64,000 nt of DNA from Escherichia phage 55: the sequence record OQ599310; one strand, given 5' to 3'. A program made the translations under genes and the position numbers. Under the pieces are notes generated by a model. The model saw nothing but the letters and a program-made list of their open reading frames with translations. It did not search any database and was not told the DNA's origin. Shown in pieces: positions 10,132 through 20,654 of this stretch; within the stretch, counting starts at the first letter, position 1, and each line of letters opens with the position of its first letter.

Positions 10132-11646
10132 TTATAAATTAATTGTTTTCATTACATAGTTAAATTTCTCATCAGCGTAACGTTGGATACGATCAATACC
10201 GTGTTTTAACAAGTAATTAAGATGAGTATACTTCTTTTTAGTATTTAATGATTTAGGTTTTACACCTGCGTCATCGATGAGATCCCAAACTGTAGCAACA
10301 GCTTTAGAACCATGCTTACGAAGCACACGACCTACTGTTTGAAGTACGATAATTTTTGATTTAACACCATGGGCAAAAATAACATGATGAAGATTCTTGA
10401 CTGAAATACCAGTAGAGAATACTCCATATGATGCGACAATAATAATGCCTTTACCATTTTCTGCCATGACTTTAAGCGCGTTACGTGTTTCAGTATCAAC
10501 TTCACCTGATACGTAATAAACTTTTTCGTATCCAAGCTCTTTAATAGCTTCAAATATTTCTTTACCGTGTGTAACGTGTTTAAACATTACAAAGGCGTTC
10601 TCGTCTTTCTTGGCCAATTTGACTGAAAGTTGGGCAATCCACTTTGTACGTCGTTTTAGTCCGGTAATAATTTTAACTTCTTCTTGGTATGTTTTACCTT
10701 TTAATTTAGTGGCGAATTCGTCCGGATAACGAAGGAAAATACTATTAATCTTAAGCTCAGTTACCTGTCCGTCTTCCATTAATTTAGACGTGCTAACAGG
10801 ACGGAAGATTTCGCCGAACATACCTACGTACTGCATTACATTGGCTTTTCCGTCTCTTAATGAGCCGGATAAACCGAATTTAAACATACAATTATTTAAT
10901 CCTGAGATGATTGAAGAAATACTTTTGCCTGTTGCTAAGTGGCATTCATCGTTCATCATCATACCGAACTGAGAGAACCATTCTTTAGGCTGCTTAACTA
11001 CCGTTTGCCATGTGCCAACAATAATTGGAGCGTCGTTTTTAGATTTGTCCGCTTTATCGGCACCACCGCCAATTTTCTTAATCATCGAATGACTAAACAA
11101 GCGATAATCAACAAAATCATTAGCCATCTGGGTTGTCAATGCTGTTGTAGGGACGATAATGAGAATTTTACCTTCATAGTTCTCTAGATAATATCGAGCT
11201 AAAAGTGCTTGGATTAGTGATTTACCTGCTGATGTCGGAAGGTTTAAAATTCGACGACGATTAACTAGTCCTTCATATACTGCATCTTTTTGATACCAAT
11301 GTGGTTCGATTTTGGTGTTGCCCGAATAAATTTCTTGTTTAGAAAGCCATGCGTCAAAATCTTCCCTAGTAAGGTCTTCAGTCTCAAAGATTTTAGGGTC
11401 AATCCATACAGAATAACTCATATTGTTACAGAACTTTTTTATTTGTCCTACAAGTCCATATGGTAACAAACGATTGTAATCTAAAAGTCGAATTCTACCA
11501 TCCCATTGCCCATAGCGATATTTTGGGTTAAATTTATACCCGTCAGCTTCAAAGCTAAAAAAGTCACGAAGTTCGTAAAACGTACTTTCGTCGCATTCAA
11601 TGCGAACGTGACTAAAATCATAAAAATGTACTTTAATGTCAGTCAT
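10132..11646 (-). CDS. uvsW: UvsW RNA-DNA / DNA helicase
   Basis: 504 aa; N-terminus DIKVHFYDFSHVRIECDESTF and Walker A PTSAGKS match remembered T4 UvsW. Confidence 0.95.
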   Translation of the reverse strand: MTDIKVHFYDFSHVRIECDESTFYELRDFFSFEADGYKFNPKYRYGQWDGRIRLLDYNRLLPYGLVGQIKKFCNNMSYSVWIDPKIFETEDLTREDFDAWLSKQEIYSGNTKIEPHWYQKDAVYEGLVNRRRILNLPTSAGKSLIQALLARYYLENYEGKILIIVPTTALTTQMANDFVDYRLFSHSMIKKIGGGADKADKSKNDAPIIVGTWQTVVKQPKEWFSQFGMMMNDECHLATGKSISSIISGLNNCMFKFGLSGSLRDGKANVMQYVGMFGEIFRPVSTSKLMEDGQVTELKINSIFLRYPDEFATKLKGKTYQEEVKIITGLKRRTKWIAQLSVKLAKKDENAFVMFKHVTHGKEIFEAIKELGYEKVYYVSGEVDTETRNALKVMAENGKGIIIVASYGVFSTGISVKNLHHVIFAHGVKSKIIVLQTVGRVLRKHGSKAVATVWDLIDDAGVKPKSLNTKKKYTHLNYLLKHGIDRIQRYADEKFNYVMKTINL

Positions 11647-11675
11647 GTCAAATTACCATGTAATAAATATAGTTA

Positions 11676-11683
11676 TATTTATA
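11676..11683 (-). promoter_or_regulatory. late promoter TATAAATA for uvsW
   Basis: TATAAATA on minus strand 30 nt upstream of uvsW start. Confidence 0.6.
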
Positions 11684-11696
11684 ATGAGGAAATACC

Positions 11697-12365
11697 ATGA
11701 TCGATAAAGACTATATTGAAGAGTTACGTGCTCTTTCTGATAAAAAGGAAGCCAAAGCTAAACTGTTTGAATATGCGGAACAATTTGGCATTAGTGTTAA
11801 GAAAACAAAATCATTCGATAATATTGTTATTGATATCGAAGAAGCTCTTAACGCACTGGCTGATGAACCATTACCTGAAACTGATGGATTATCTATCACC
11901 GATTTAATTACTGCCGCAGATGATGTGGACGGTGTTAATTTCACCAACGAAGAAGTTAAAGAAGAAGCTATTCTGTTGTTTGATTCTCCAACAGAACAAG
12001 TTGAAGTATTAGAAGTTGTCGAACAAGAAAAAGAATTCGACCATGATAAATTCGAAGAAGCAATTACTCAGGTTGTTGAATCTGAAAAAGAGCCTGAGTC
12101 AGAGGTAAATAAAGAAGTAAATTTTGTTCTGCCTGAAAATTTTAGTCCTACACTTATTAAATTAGGCAAAGGCCCAGGGTATGTTACTGTTCCTTGGTGG
12201 ATTTATCAATGGATAGCCGAAACACCTGATTGGAAATCTCGCCCAACTAGTTTTGTGCATGCTTCTGCTCACCAAACATTATTTAGCTTAATTTATTATA
12301 TTAATCGCGATGGATCAGTTCTAATTCGTGAAACTCGTAATTCTTCTTTCGTAACATTAAAATAA
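11697..12365 (+). CDS. inh: inhibitor of prohead protease Inh
   Basis: 222 aa; position immediately before hoc as in T4. Confidence 0.75.
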   Translation: MIDKDYIEELRALSDKKEAKAKLFEYAEQFGISVKKTKSFDNIVIDIEEALNALADEPLPETDGLSITDLITAADDVDGVNFTNEEVKEEAILLFDSPTEQVEVLEVVEQEKEFDHDKFEEAITQVVESEKEPESEVNKEVNFVLPENFSPTLIKLGKGPGYVTVPWWIYQWIAETPDWKSRPTSFVHASAHQTLFSLIYYINRDGSVLIRETRNSSFVTLK

Positions 12366-12374
12366 GGATAACTT

Positions 12375-13505
12375 ATGGCTTTTACAGTTGATATAACTCC
12401 TAAAACACCTAGTGGAGTTATAGATGAGACTAAGCAGTTTACTGCTACTCCCAGTGGTGAAACTGGAGGCGGAACTATTACATATGCTTGGACTGTAGAT
12501 GATGTTCCACAAGATGGAGCTGAAGCAACTTTTAGTTATATACTAAAGGGACCTGCCGGTCAAAAGACTATTAAAGTAGTTGCAACAAATACAGTTCCAG
12601 AAGCTGAAGCTGAAACAGCAGAAGCTTCTGGAACTATCACAGTTCAAAACAAGACACAAACGACTACCTTAGCCGTAACTCCTGCTAGTCCTTCAGCTGG
12701 AGTAATTGGAACCCCAGTTCAATTTACTGCTGCCTTAGCTTCTCAACCAGCTGGAGCGTCTGCTACGTATCAGTGGTATGTAGATGATTCACAGGTTGGT
12801 GGAGAAACTAACTCTACATTTAGCTATACTCCAACTACAAGTGGAGTAAAAAGAATTAAATGTGTAGCCCAAGTAACTGCGACAGATTATGATGCAAAGG
12901 AAGTTACTTCGAATGAAGTATCATTAACGGTTAATAAGAAGACAATGAATCCACAGGTTACATTGACTCCTCCTTCTATTAACGTTCAGCAAGATGCTTC
13001 GGCTACATTTACGGCTAATGTTACGGATGCTCCAGAAGAAGCGCAAATTGCGTATTCATGGAAGAAAGATTCTTCTCCTGTAGAAGGGTCAACTAATGTA
13101 TATACCGTTGATACCTCGTCTATTGGAAGTCAAACTATTGAAGTTACTGCAACTATTACTGCAACTGATTACGATAGCAAAACTATTACAGCAGAAGGTC
13201 AAGTTCAGGTAACTGATAAAGTTGCTCCGGAACCAGAAGGTGAATTACCTTATGTTCATCCTCTTCCACATCGTACTTCAGCTTACATCTGGTGCGGTTG
13301 GTGGGTTATGGATGAAATACAAAAAATGACTGAAGAAGGTAAAGATTGGAAAACTGACGATCCAGATAGTAAGTACTACTTGCATCGTTACACTCTCCAG
13401 AAGATGATGAAAGATTATCCAGAAGTTGATGTTCAAGAATCGCGTAATGGATACATCATTCATAAAACTGCTTTAGAAACTGGTATCATCTATACCTATC
13501 CATAA
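12375..13505 (+). CDS. hoc: highly immunogenic outer capsid protein Hoc (tandem Ig-like domains)
   Basis: 376 aa; near-identical to remembered T4 Hoc incl. C-terminal YVHPLPHR...IIYTYP. Confidence 0.95.
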   Translation: MAFTVDITPKTPSGVIDETKQFTATPSGETGGGTITYAWTVDDVPQDGAEATFSYILKGPAGQKTIKVVATNTVPEAEAETAEASGTITVQNKTQTTTLAVTPASPSAGVIGTPVQFTAALASQPAGASATYQWYVDDSQVGGETNSTFSYTPTTSGVKRIKCVAQVTATDYDAKEVTSNEVSLTVNKKTMNPQVTLTPPSINVQQDASATFTANVTDAPEEAQIAYSWKKDSSPVEGSTNVYTVDTSSIGSQTIEVTATITATDYDSKTITAEGQVQVTDKVAPEPEGELPYVHPLPHRTSAYIWCGWWVMDEIQKMTEEGKDWKTDDPDSKYYLHRYTLQKMMKDYPEVDVQESRNGYIIHKTALETGIIYTYP

Positions 13506-13510
13506 TCGTA

Positions 13511-13530
13511 GGGGCTTCGGCCCCTTTCTT
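13511..13530 (+). terminator. rho-independent terminator after hoc
   Basis: GGGGC ttcg GCCCC then TTTCTTCGTTTT. Confidence 0.7.
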
Positions 13531-13604
13531 CGTTTTAAAGCATATAAAACACAACTTGAGATTGATGTATATAATGGCACAAACCAAATAATACGGGATT
13601 GATT

Positions 13605-13799
13605 ATGAGAGCTGAAGTTGAAGTTTATACATTACATGAGGCGGGATTTTCATTCGTAGAAATTGCTCAAAAAATTGGTTTACAACCTAAAGAAGTTGGA
13701 TTACTATGGACTAAAGCCGAGACAGCTCGGTCAAAGTTTAAAGCAAAAGAAAAAGTTGTATACCGTAAACGTTTGATTAACAAAAAGGTGAAGAAATGA
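13605..13799 (+). CDS. small basic hypothetical protein
   Basis: ATG 13605; ORF track start 13599 is TTG. Confidence 0.55.
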   Translation: MRAEVEVYTLHEAGFSFVEIAQKIGLQPKEVGLLWTKAETARSKFKAKEKVVYRKRLINKKVKK

Positions 13800-14047
13800 G
13801 TTTTGCACAGGAATTAAGAGAAAGGGCACTGGCCACTAAAGCTAATTTGTTGAGTGATTTTATTACTAACTTCTCTGTGATGGCAGAGAAAGCCGCTGAT
13901 AAAGGCCAGACACAATTCACGTACTACCCGTCAAAGAACGATTTAACTATAACTGAACAAGTCGGTCAATGGCTTCGTGATAACGGCTTTCAGTATAAAA
14001 TTAATCACGACCAACGTGATGGGCACTGGATAGAAATCAAGTTCTAA
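13796..14047 (+). CDS. small hypothetical protein
   Basis: 83 aa, start overlaps preceding stop. Confidence 0.6.
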   Translation: MSFAQELRERALATKANLLSDFITNFSVMAEKAADKGQTQFTYYPSKNDLTITEQVGQWLRDNGFQYKINHDQRDGHWIEIKF

Positions 14048-14075
14048 TATGCTTTACAATTTTTGATGGTATAAT
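14047..14075 (+). promoter_or_regulatory. candidate middle promoter upstream of rnlB
   Basis: TGCTTTA box 14050-14056, 13 nt, TATAAT 14070-14075. Confidence 0.55.
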
Positions 14076-14166
14076 GAATCTAGGTTCTATCCATTCAAAT
14101 TAAACATCTGGTCAGAGACAGAGTCTCTGCTAATTATTTTGATATTATTATTTATAATGGTGATTT

Positions 14167-15174
14167 ATGTTTAAGAAATACAGCAGTCTTGAAAACCACT
14201 ACAACTCTAAGTTTATTGAAAAACTCTACACTAATGGTTTGACTACTGGTGTTTGGGTAGCACGTGAGAAAATCCATGGGACCAACTTCTCGTTAATAAT
14301 TGAACGTGACAACGTCACATGCGCCAAGCGCACAGGCCCTATTCTTCCAGCAGAAGATTTTTATGGTTATGAAATCGTACTCAAGAAGTATGATAAAGCT
14401 ATTAAAGGCGTTCAAGAAGTCATGGGCAGCATTTCAACTTCAGTGTCGGTGTCATATCAAATCTTTGGTGAATTCGCTGGTGGTGGAATCCAGAAAGGTG
14501 TTGACTACGGTGAAAAAGATTTTTATGTGTTCGATATCCTTATCAATACAGAAAGTGGTGATAATACGTATTTGACCGATTACGAAATGCAAGATTTCTG
14601 TAATGAATTCGGTTTTAAAATGGCACCAATGCTTGGCCGTGGAACATTTGATTCTCTTATCATGATTCCAAATGACCTTGATTCCGTCTTAGCCGCTTAT
14701 AATGCTACTGCGTCAGAAGACCTTGTCGAAGCAAATAATTGCGTATTTGATGCTAATGTTATTGGCGATAATACTGCGGAAGGTTATGTTCTGAAACCTT
14801 GTTTCCCTAAATGGCTGCCAAACGGTACTCGTGTAGCTATTAAGTGCAAGAACTCTAAATTCAGTGAAAAGAAAAAGTCTGATAAGCCTATTAAAACTCA
14901 GGTTCCATTAACCGAAACTGACAAAAACTTGCTTGATGTTCTAGCTTGTTATGTTACATTAAATCGTGTTAATAATGTTATTTCTAAGATTGGGACTGTA
15001 ACGCCGAAAGATTTTGGCAAAGTGATGGGATTGACTGTTCAAGATATTCTGGAAGAAACTTCTCGTGAAGGTATTGTATTAACATCATCTGATAATCCTA
15101 ATCTTGTTAAGAAAGAATTAGTCCGAATGGTGCAAGATGTTCTGCGTCCTGCATGGATTGAATTAGTATCATAA
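14167..15174 (+). CDS. rnlB: RNA ligase 2
   Basis: 335 aa; nucleotidyltransferase lysine motif KIHGTN; matches remembered T4 Rnl2. Confidence 0.95.
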   Translation: MFKKYSSLENHYNSKFIEKLYTNGLTTGVWVAREKIHGTNFSLIIERDNVTCAKRTGPILPAEDFYGYEIVLKKYDKAIKGVQEVMGSISTSVSVSYQIFGEFAGGGIQKGVDYGEKDFYVFDILINTESGDNTYLTDYEMQDFCNEFGFKMAPMLGRGTFDSLIMIPNDLDSVLAAYNATASEDLVEANNCVFDANVIGDNTAEGYVLKPCFPKWLPNGTRVAIKCKNSKFSEKKKSDKPIKTQVPLTETDKNLLDVLACYVTLNRVNNVISKIGTVTPKDFGKVMGLTVQDILEETSREGIVLTSSDNPNLVKKELVRMVQDVLRPAWIELVS

Positions 15175-15175
15175 C

Positions 15176-15204
15176 GAAAAAAGGGACCGTAAGGTCCCTT
15201 TTTT
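15176..15204. terminator. bidirectional terminator between rnlB and gene 24
   Basis: AAAAAA GGGACC gtaa GGTCCC TTTTTT. Confidence 0.8.
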
Positions 15205-15207
15205 CGT

Positions 15208-16491
15208 TTATTCATCTATAATAATTTTAGGCAATTTAACACCTAGTAAAACAGACAAGTCTGAACGTCCTGCCATTTTATCCATGTCCCCGCCATCAAT
15301 TATTCTCGCTTCTTTTTCGTCTTTTGCTACTGTGTAAGGATTTGCTGATAAAGCATATCTAACCAATAATCCGATAGACGGTTGCAAGCTTTCTGGATCA
15401 ACTACAACTTTAAATGCACCAACATGTTCCGGGTCATCTAAATCCACTCCTTCGGTGTATGGAGCATAAAAGATGGACCCTACAATTTCTTTTTCGCCGA
15501 GATTTTCTACAACACCCACAATAACATAATCTAACGGGCTGTTGGTATCGCAGTAAAGAGGTAATCCATTTGCCAAGAATCCATAAGCATTTTGTGAAAG
15601 ATACTTGTCATCTTCTGGCTTATGTTTTAACCAACCGGAAGCAGCAAGAATAGCAGCTGCACGAGCTGAGGCTACACAAAACGTTGCAGTATAAGTTGTC
15701 TCTTTTTGAATGTGCGATACCATTTCACACACCATTCGATATAATGAACGACCTGCTTCTGGAGCGGATGCATAGCTCAAGTCAATAAATCCAGTGTCAG
15801 TAATTCCAGTAACTTTATAACGTTTCGATACAGTAATTAAAGACTGAAGAATATCTTTATTAATTTCATCAGCCATTTCAGTAGCAAGCAAATCTTCTAA
15901 GAAGTTAGGGGCATCAAATCCATTCGCTTCCAAATCTTGCGCTAATTCAACCGTGAGACCAGTTTTAAGTTTACGAGATTTGACTGAAGTTTGCCATTTA
16001 TTAATCTGGAATCTTGCATCAGAAATTTCGCTACCAGAGCTTTCAAATTTGCTTGTTACCGCTGCATCTGAAAATAACCGTACCTTTAAATGAACGACTG
16101 CAATCTGAAGAGCTAATTCTAGATCACTTTCTTGAATATCTGCAAATGGTGTATCTTCTAACACCTTATAGACGATATTATTATATTTGAAAAAATCACC
16201 TTTATTTAGTGTGGCTTTTGATTCTTCTGTGAGCTCAGTAATTTTTTCTCGGTCTACATATCCAGCTTCGCCTGCATAAGTAGCACCAGTTTTAAATGTG
16301 AATTCGTTATCTGGGTTAAGATATTTGATACCATAAAAAGCAGCAACAGGTTGATTAGTTCTTTGTGTTGCTACAATGTCAGAATATATTAATTTAGTCG
16401 TAGCGCGAGTCAAAGCAACGAGATTTGGGCGACCGATTGAGTTGCTAGTAGACGTTGTAGATTCACGCAATAATTTTTGGATTTTACTCAT
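15208..16491 (-). CDS. 24: head vertex protein gp24
   Basis: 427 aa; capsid-protein fold paralog of gp23; synteny. Confidence 0.9.
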   Translation of the reverse strand: MSKIQKLLRESTTSTSNSIGRPNLVALTRATTKLIYSDIVATQRTNQPVAAFYGIKYLNPDNEFTFKTGATYAGEAGYVDREKITELTEESKATLNKGDFFKYNNIVYKVLEDTPFADIQESDLELALQIAVVHLKVRLFSDAAVTSKFESSGSEISDARFQINKWQTSVKSRKLKTGLTVELAQDLEANGFDAPNFLEDLLATEMADEINKDILQSLITVSKRYKVTGITDTGFIDLSYASAPEAGRSLYRMVCEMVSHIQKETTYTATFCVASARAAAILAASGWLKHKPEDDKYLSQNAYGFLANGLPLYCDTNSPLDYVIVGVVENLGEKEIVGSIFYAPYTEGVDLDDPEHVGAFKVVVDPESLQPSIGLLVRYALSANPYTVAKDEKEARIIDGGDMDKMAGRSDLSVLLGVKLPKIIIDE

Positions 16492-16518
16492 TGCATTTTT
16501 TCCTTATGTGATATAGAT

Positions 16519-16526
16519 TATTTATA
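16519..16526 (-). promoter_or_regulatory. late promoter for gene 24
   Basis: TATAAATA on minus strand 28 nt upstream of start. Confidence 0.65.
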
Positions 16527-16543
16527 AAGATTGTTTACAACGT

Positions 16544-16572
16544 ATTTGGTATGTGATACTATAGACTTATCA
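16544..16572 (+). promoter_or_regulatory. early promoter for the ORF between genes 23 and 24
   Basis: GTTTACA -35, 17 nt, TGTGATACTAT extended -10. Confidence 0.6.
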
Positions 16573-16592
16573 ACTACAGAGGAGTAAACAAA

Positions 16593-16862
16593 ATGACTAA
16601 AGCACGTTTCTTACGAGATACTTTAAAAGTTCTAGAAGCTGAAGCAGTTAAGTTAGTAGAAAAATATGGTGCAAAAGTTAATGGTAATGCCTTCAACAAA
16701 GTATGGATGAAAGTTGATTCTGAAGCTCGAGCTAAAGGTTATTGGGCCACTGATAAACTTGCATCATTCAAAAACAAAGACGGTTCTCCGGCATATGTCC
16801 AAGAAGGTATGCCTAATTGGCAAAATATTTTGAAAACTTACATCGAAATTGCACAGAAATAA
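16593..16862 (+). CDS. small hypothetical protein inserted between genes 23 and 24
   Basis: 89 aa; early promoter 16544-16572 and RBS GAGGAG. Confidence 0.65.
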   Translation: MTKARFLRDTLKVLEAEAVKLVEKYGAKVNGNAFNKVWMKVDSEARAKGYWATDKLASFKNKDGSPAYVQEGMPNWQNILKTYIEIAQK

Positions 16863-16865
16863 AAC

Positions 16866-16890
16866 CAAAAATGGGAGACCGAAGTCTCCC
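16866..16890 (-). terminator. terminator downstream of gene 23
   Basis: GGGAGAC cgaa GTCTCCC; T-run on minus strand. Confidence 0.7.
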
Positions 16891-16919
16891 ATAAGGTTAT
16901 GTATTTTAACGTTAAAGCA

Positions 16920-18488
16920 TTAAATTCCTTTAACGTAGACGCGTCTAAAGTAAGCGTTCTTACCAAGGCTGTTCAGGATAGACGGCATACCGGACTGGAT
17001 GCGAGCACCTGGAGCCTGCAGGGAACTTTCAGCAAACGGGTTAACACCGATACCGTAACGAGTTTTAAAGCCCATTACCGGCTGGAAGTTCTTAGGATCG
17101 GAACCACGCAGTGGGGTAAGTGCAACGTAAGGAGCATAGTAAATACCTGCATCCATTTCGTTAGCGCCTTTGTAACCAACGGTGAAGTAATCCTGTTTAG
17201 CATACTGGTCGATGTATACGCGGTATTTACCACCAAGTACACCGGCAAATACAGACTTAGTAGTGTCGGTATTAAACCCAGAAGCCAGACCCTGTGCAGC
17301 GTAAGAAATACCAGTATCAACTGAAGCCAGTACGTTAACTACGTTACGGGAAGCGATAATGAAGTTACCTTCACCACGACCGGTTTGACGAGCAATTTCA
17401 ACTGCTTCTTTATCAATCTGGAACAACAGAGATTTAAAGCTTTCACCGGCCCAACGAGCACCACGGATATCAATCGGGTCCTGGAAGTCAAATACACCGG
17501 CTTTAGAACCCGGAGTCAGGGTCATACCAGATTTACCAACCTGTGCAGAGTAGTTAATCCAATCAACAACTTCACGGTTGATTTCTAGCATAATTTCCGT
17601 AGCCAGAATACCGCTCAGTTCAGCATCAGCATCCATACCGTGTACTGCACGGAGGTCTTGTGCTAATTCGATAGAGTAAGCAGCTTTCAGCTGGCGAGAT
17701 TTAGCTTCGATAACTTGTTTATCGATACGGAAGCCCATTTCATTCCATGGGTTATCGGTAGAACCGTTGAAACCTTCCTGGAGTTCAGCGATAGAAGTAG
17801 CCATACCTTCAGCGATTTCTACCAGTGCACCAGCTTCCATTTGTTTCTTAACTTCTGCATCTAATTTAGCTGCATCAGTTGCACCAGAATCAAGTGTTAC
17901 GACAGCAGAAGCTTGCAGATATACAGTACCAGTTTCTTGGAAGAAGTGAGTATAGATATCACCTACAACAGTAGTAGTGTCAGCAGCCAGAGCTGGGAAT
18001 TTCTTAGCAGCACCCTGACCAGAGAACATCGCGTCTGGGGCATACATCGGATGGAAAGCTTCTTTAGCGCCAGCAGCGATAGGGTCTTTACCATATACTG
18101 CACGGAGAGCAAATACCTGACCGGTCGGGCTGTTCATAGGCTGAACACCACAAATATCAAAAGCGATCAGATTAGGAATAGCACGACGAACCATACCCAT
18201 AACTGCCGGCCCAATTTGGGTTACTGCGCCAGAGGTTTGACCTGCTGCGATGTTCTGAGCATTATAACCATGGTCACCACCAATTTCAGCTTCGGTCAAG
18301 AAAGAACCAAATGCCTGAGCGATTTTCTCGTCTTTATATTCAGGGGATACTTCGAAATCTTTTTCCTGGTTTTCGAAGATTTTAGCGATAATAGCCTGCT
18401 TGCTATTAGCGATTTCCGGCAGGCCTTCACCTTCCAGCAGTTCTTTCCATTTGTCTACGAGCTGAGCTTTAGTTTTGATAGTAGTCAT
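16920..18488 (-). CDS. 23: major capsid protein gp23
   Basis: 522 aa; near-identical to remembered T4 gp23. Confidence 0.97.
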   Translation of the reverse strand: MTTIKTKAQLVDKWKELLEGEGLPEIANSKQAIIAKIFENQEKDFEVSPEYKDEKIAQAFGSFLTEAEIGGDHGYNAQNIAAGQTSGAVTQIGPAVMGMVRRAIPNLIAFDICGVQPMNSPTGQVFALRAVYGKDPIAAGAKEAFHPMYAPDAMFSGQGAAKKFPALAADTTTVVGDIYTHFFQETGTVYLQASAVVTLDSGATDAAKLDAEVKKQMEAGALVEIAEGMATSIAELQEGFNGSTDNPWNEMGFRIDKQVIEAKSRQLKAAYSIELAQDLRAVHGMDADAELSGILATEIMLEINREVVDWINYSAQVGKSGMTLTPGSKAGVFDFQDPIDIRGARWAGESFKSLLFQIDKEAVEIARQTGRGEGNFIIASRNVVNVLASVDTGISYAAQGLASGFNTDTTKSVFAGVLGGKYRVYIDQYAKQDYFTVGYKGANEMDAGIYYAPYVALTPLRGSDPKNFQPVMGFKTRYGIGVNPFAESSLQAPGARIQSGMPSILNSLGKNAYFRRVYVKGI

Positions 18489-18505
18489 TTGTGTTAACCT
18501 TTAAA

Positions 18506-19318
18506 TTAGAAACGAGATGCGACTTTCGCATATAAACTTACATTAGAATTCTGTTCTACCTGAGTTGTGGTAGTGTCAACTGCTTCGGCAACAAAATTAA
18601 GACCGGCAGCGTCATTGTCAACTGTATTTATACTTTCGGTAATAGCGGCTTCTTCTTTAGTAGAACCTTTAACCATTTCTACAATAGCAGTTAACTTAGT
18701 ACCAAATGCGTCAGAATAATCCATACCTTCAACCAGGCCAATAACTTTTTCTTTCTGAGATTCAGTCAGGTCTTTTACGCTTTCATTAATAGCGGTTTCA
18801 CGCTGAACGTAATTGATATATGCATCACGTTTGGTAACTTCTTCGAACAAACGAGCGGTTTCTTCTTTATGTTCGGCCAGCTCTTCTTCCATTTCTGCTA
18901 CAACATCTACAGATTCTTCTGGAACAACAACGTTATGTTCAACAAACAGTTCTTTCAGACCACCAAGCATGGATTCGAACAAATCAGCTTTAATGCCTTT
19001 ATCAACTGCGATTTGGTTTTCTGCGAGCCATTCTTTTGCAAGATGGTCTAGGAATTTAGAAGCTTGTTCAGCCAATTTTTTATCAGCTTTCTCTTCAGCA
19101 TCTTCTTTGGCCTTTTCAACTTCTTCTTCAGCCTTTTCGGCGATGGCTTTGATATGAGATTCAGCCAGTTTGACTGCTTCCTGCTTAACGGTGGCTTCGA
19201 ATACAGTGCTGAAATTAGCTTTAACGTCCGGAGACAGTTCTACTGATTCGAAAACACTATTAAGAGCAACTGAAGTCTCGATGTTCTGAGCTTCTTTCAA
19301 AAGTTGTTCTTTGATCAT
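18506..19318 (-). CDS. 22: prohead core scaffold protein gp22
   Basis: 270 aa, acidic/coiled; synteny. Confidence 0.9.
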   Translation of the reverse strand: MIKEQLLKEAQNIETSVALNSVFESVELSPDVKANFSTVFEATVKQEAVKLAESHIKAIAEKAEEEVEKAKEDAEEKADKKLAEQASKFLDHLAKEWLAENQIAVDKGIKADLFESMLGGLKELFVEHNVVVPEESVDVVAEMEEELAEHKEETARLFEEVTKRDAYINYVQRETAINESVKDLTESQKEKVIGLVEGMDYSDAFGTKLTAIVEMVKGSTKEEAAITESINTVDNDAAGLNFVAEAVDTTTTQVEQNSNVSLYAKVASRF

Positions 19319-19351
19319 TTTAGTGTCCTGTGGTTTAGATTACATTATTAT

Positions 19352-19993
19352 TTATAATGCTTTTAAACTCTCTGCGAGAGCTTTAAATGCTTCGTCAGCA
19401 CTGTTTTTGGTGATTTCCACCGAATTTTCTGATTCTGATATTTGTTTAGGAGTAACCCAAGCATCTGGAGCAGAAGGTCCCCATACGGCATCTACACCGA
19501 CGGTTAATTTAAATCCTTCGTTCACGATACGGTACCCTTTATTGGTGTCGGTTAAAGAACCAAGACCACGAGAGGAAACACCTGGAATCCAACCAGCTCG
19601 TATATTAGCAGCTAATTTATCGCCGGGACCATGGTCGCCTTCAATAATTCTAGCACGTCCATATACATCGTTTCCTTTCCACCACATATCTTCAATAATG
19701 ATAGCGGCTTGCATAGGGTCAACATTTGCACGAGGTGGATGGTTTAATTCTCCAAGGGCTTGTTTGGTTGCGACTTGTTCTTTAATATAGTCACTTACTG
19801 CTTTTTCCAAAACGCGTTTAGGATATAAACGTTTATTTCGGTTAACAACCTCTGCCTGAAGAAAAATACCTTCTATATAAAGCCCTGGTTTTAAGCCAGA
19901 ATCTTTTCCATCATGAGATTCCAACATTGGAACGCCATCAATAATCTCACCGGGTTGACCCCAAGTTTCAATAAGTAACTCGGGTTTATTCAT
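19352..19993 (-). CDS. 21: prohead core protease gp21
   Basis: 213 aa; synteny 20-67-68-21-22-23. Confidence 0.9.
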   Translation of the reverse strand: MNKPELLIETWGQPGEIIDGVPMLESHDGKDSGLKPGLYIEGIFLQAEVVNRNKRLYPKRVLEKAVSDYIKEQVATKQALGELNHPPRANVDPMQAAIIIEDMWWKGNDVYGRARIIEGDHGPGDKLAANIRAGWIPGVSSRGLGSLTDTNKGYRIVNEGFKLTVGVDAVWGPSAPDAWVTPKQISESENSVEITKNSADEAFKALAESLKAL

Positions 19994-20418
19994 TAGCTTA
20001 ATCCTAATGCTTTACGACGTTTAAGAGCCTTTTTACGCTTACGCAGGCCTTTAACTTGGCCTGAAGGGTTAGCTTTTTTAGCTTTAACGACCTTACGAGC
20101 GATTTGTCTACGTTTTGCTTTAGAAAGACCAGTGGTTTGGAACGCGTTACGTTCACGAGTTTTACGGTCTTTAGTGCGGGTGACTTCACCACGAGAAGAA
20201 ACATGTTTAACGATAAACTCATTTAACTGTTCTTCATTAATAATGGAAGCCATTGCAACAGCTAAATCCGTTTCAGTTTCAAGCATGTTCTCGATAATAG
20301 TATTTATATCGTCAATATCGAGAGCAGAAGACAATGCATCGATTCGGCCCTGTGCTTCAGGAATAAGTGCTTCGACATTTTCGAGTACCAATTCATAAGA
20401 TTCAGGGATAAGATACAT
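19993..20418 (-). CDS. 68: prohead core protein gp68
   Basis: 141 aa as in T4; synteny. Confidence 0.8.
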   Translation of the reverse strand: MYLIPESYELVLENVEALIPEAQGRIDALSSALDIDDINTIIENMLETETDLAVAMASIINEEQLNEFIVKHVSSRGEVTRTKDRKTRERNAFQTTGLSKAKRRQIARKVVKAKKANPSGQVKGLRKRKKALKRRKALGLS

Positions 20419-20654
20419 TATTCATCGTCCTCATCATCTTCGTCTTCGTCGTCATCGCCTTCATCAGCGTCGTCTTCCGAAGCTTTAGCTTTCTTTTCTT
20501 CTTCAGGTTCTTCGCCTTCAATCAAAAATTGAGAAGCGATTTCTGCTTTGCGTGCTTCAATCAAACGAACCGTTTTTTCTGCCATTGCACTTTCAAAAAA
20601 CTTTCGAGTAGCAACGAGGTCGTTTGATTTAATAGCTTGAATTAAATCGTCCAT
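20418..20654 (-). CDS. 67: prohead core protein gp67
   Basis: 78 aa, poly-acidic C-terminus; synteny. Confidence 0.8.
   Translation of the reverse strand: MDDLIQAIKSNDLVATRKFFESAMAEKTVRLIEARKAEIASQFLIEGEEPEEEKKAKASEDDADEGDDDEDEDDEDDE

Noticed and set aside
13540-13600. Possible sigma70 promoter TTGAGA ... TATAAT upstream of 13605
   Set aside because: The spacer between the candidate -35 and -10 is only ~8 nt, and no MotA box is present.
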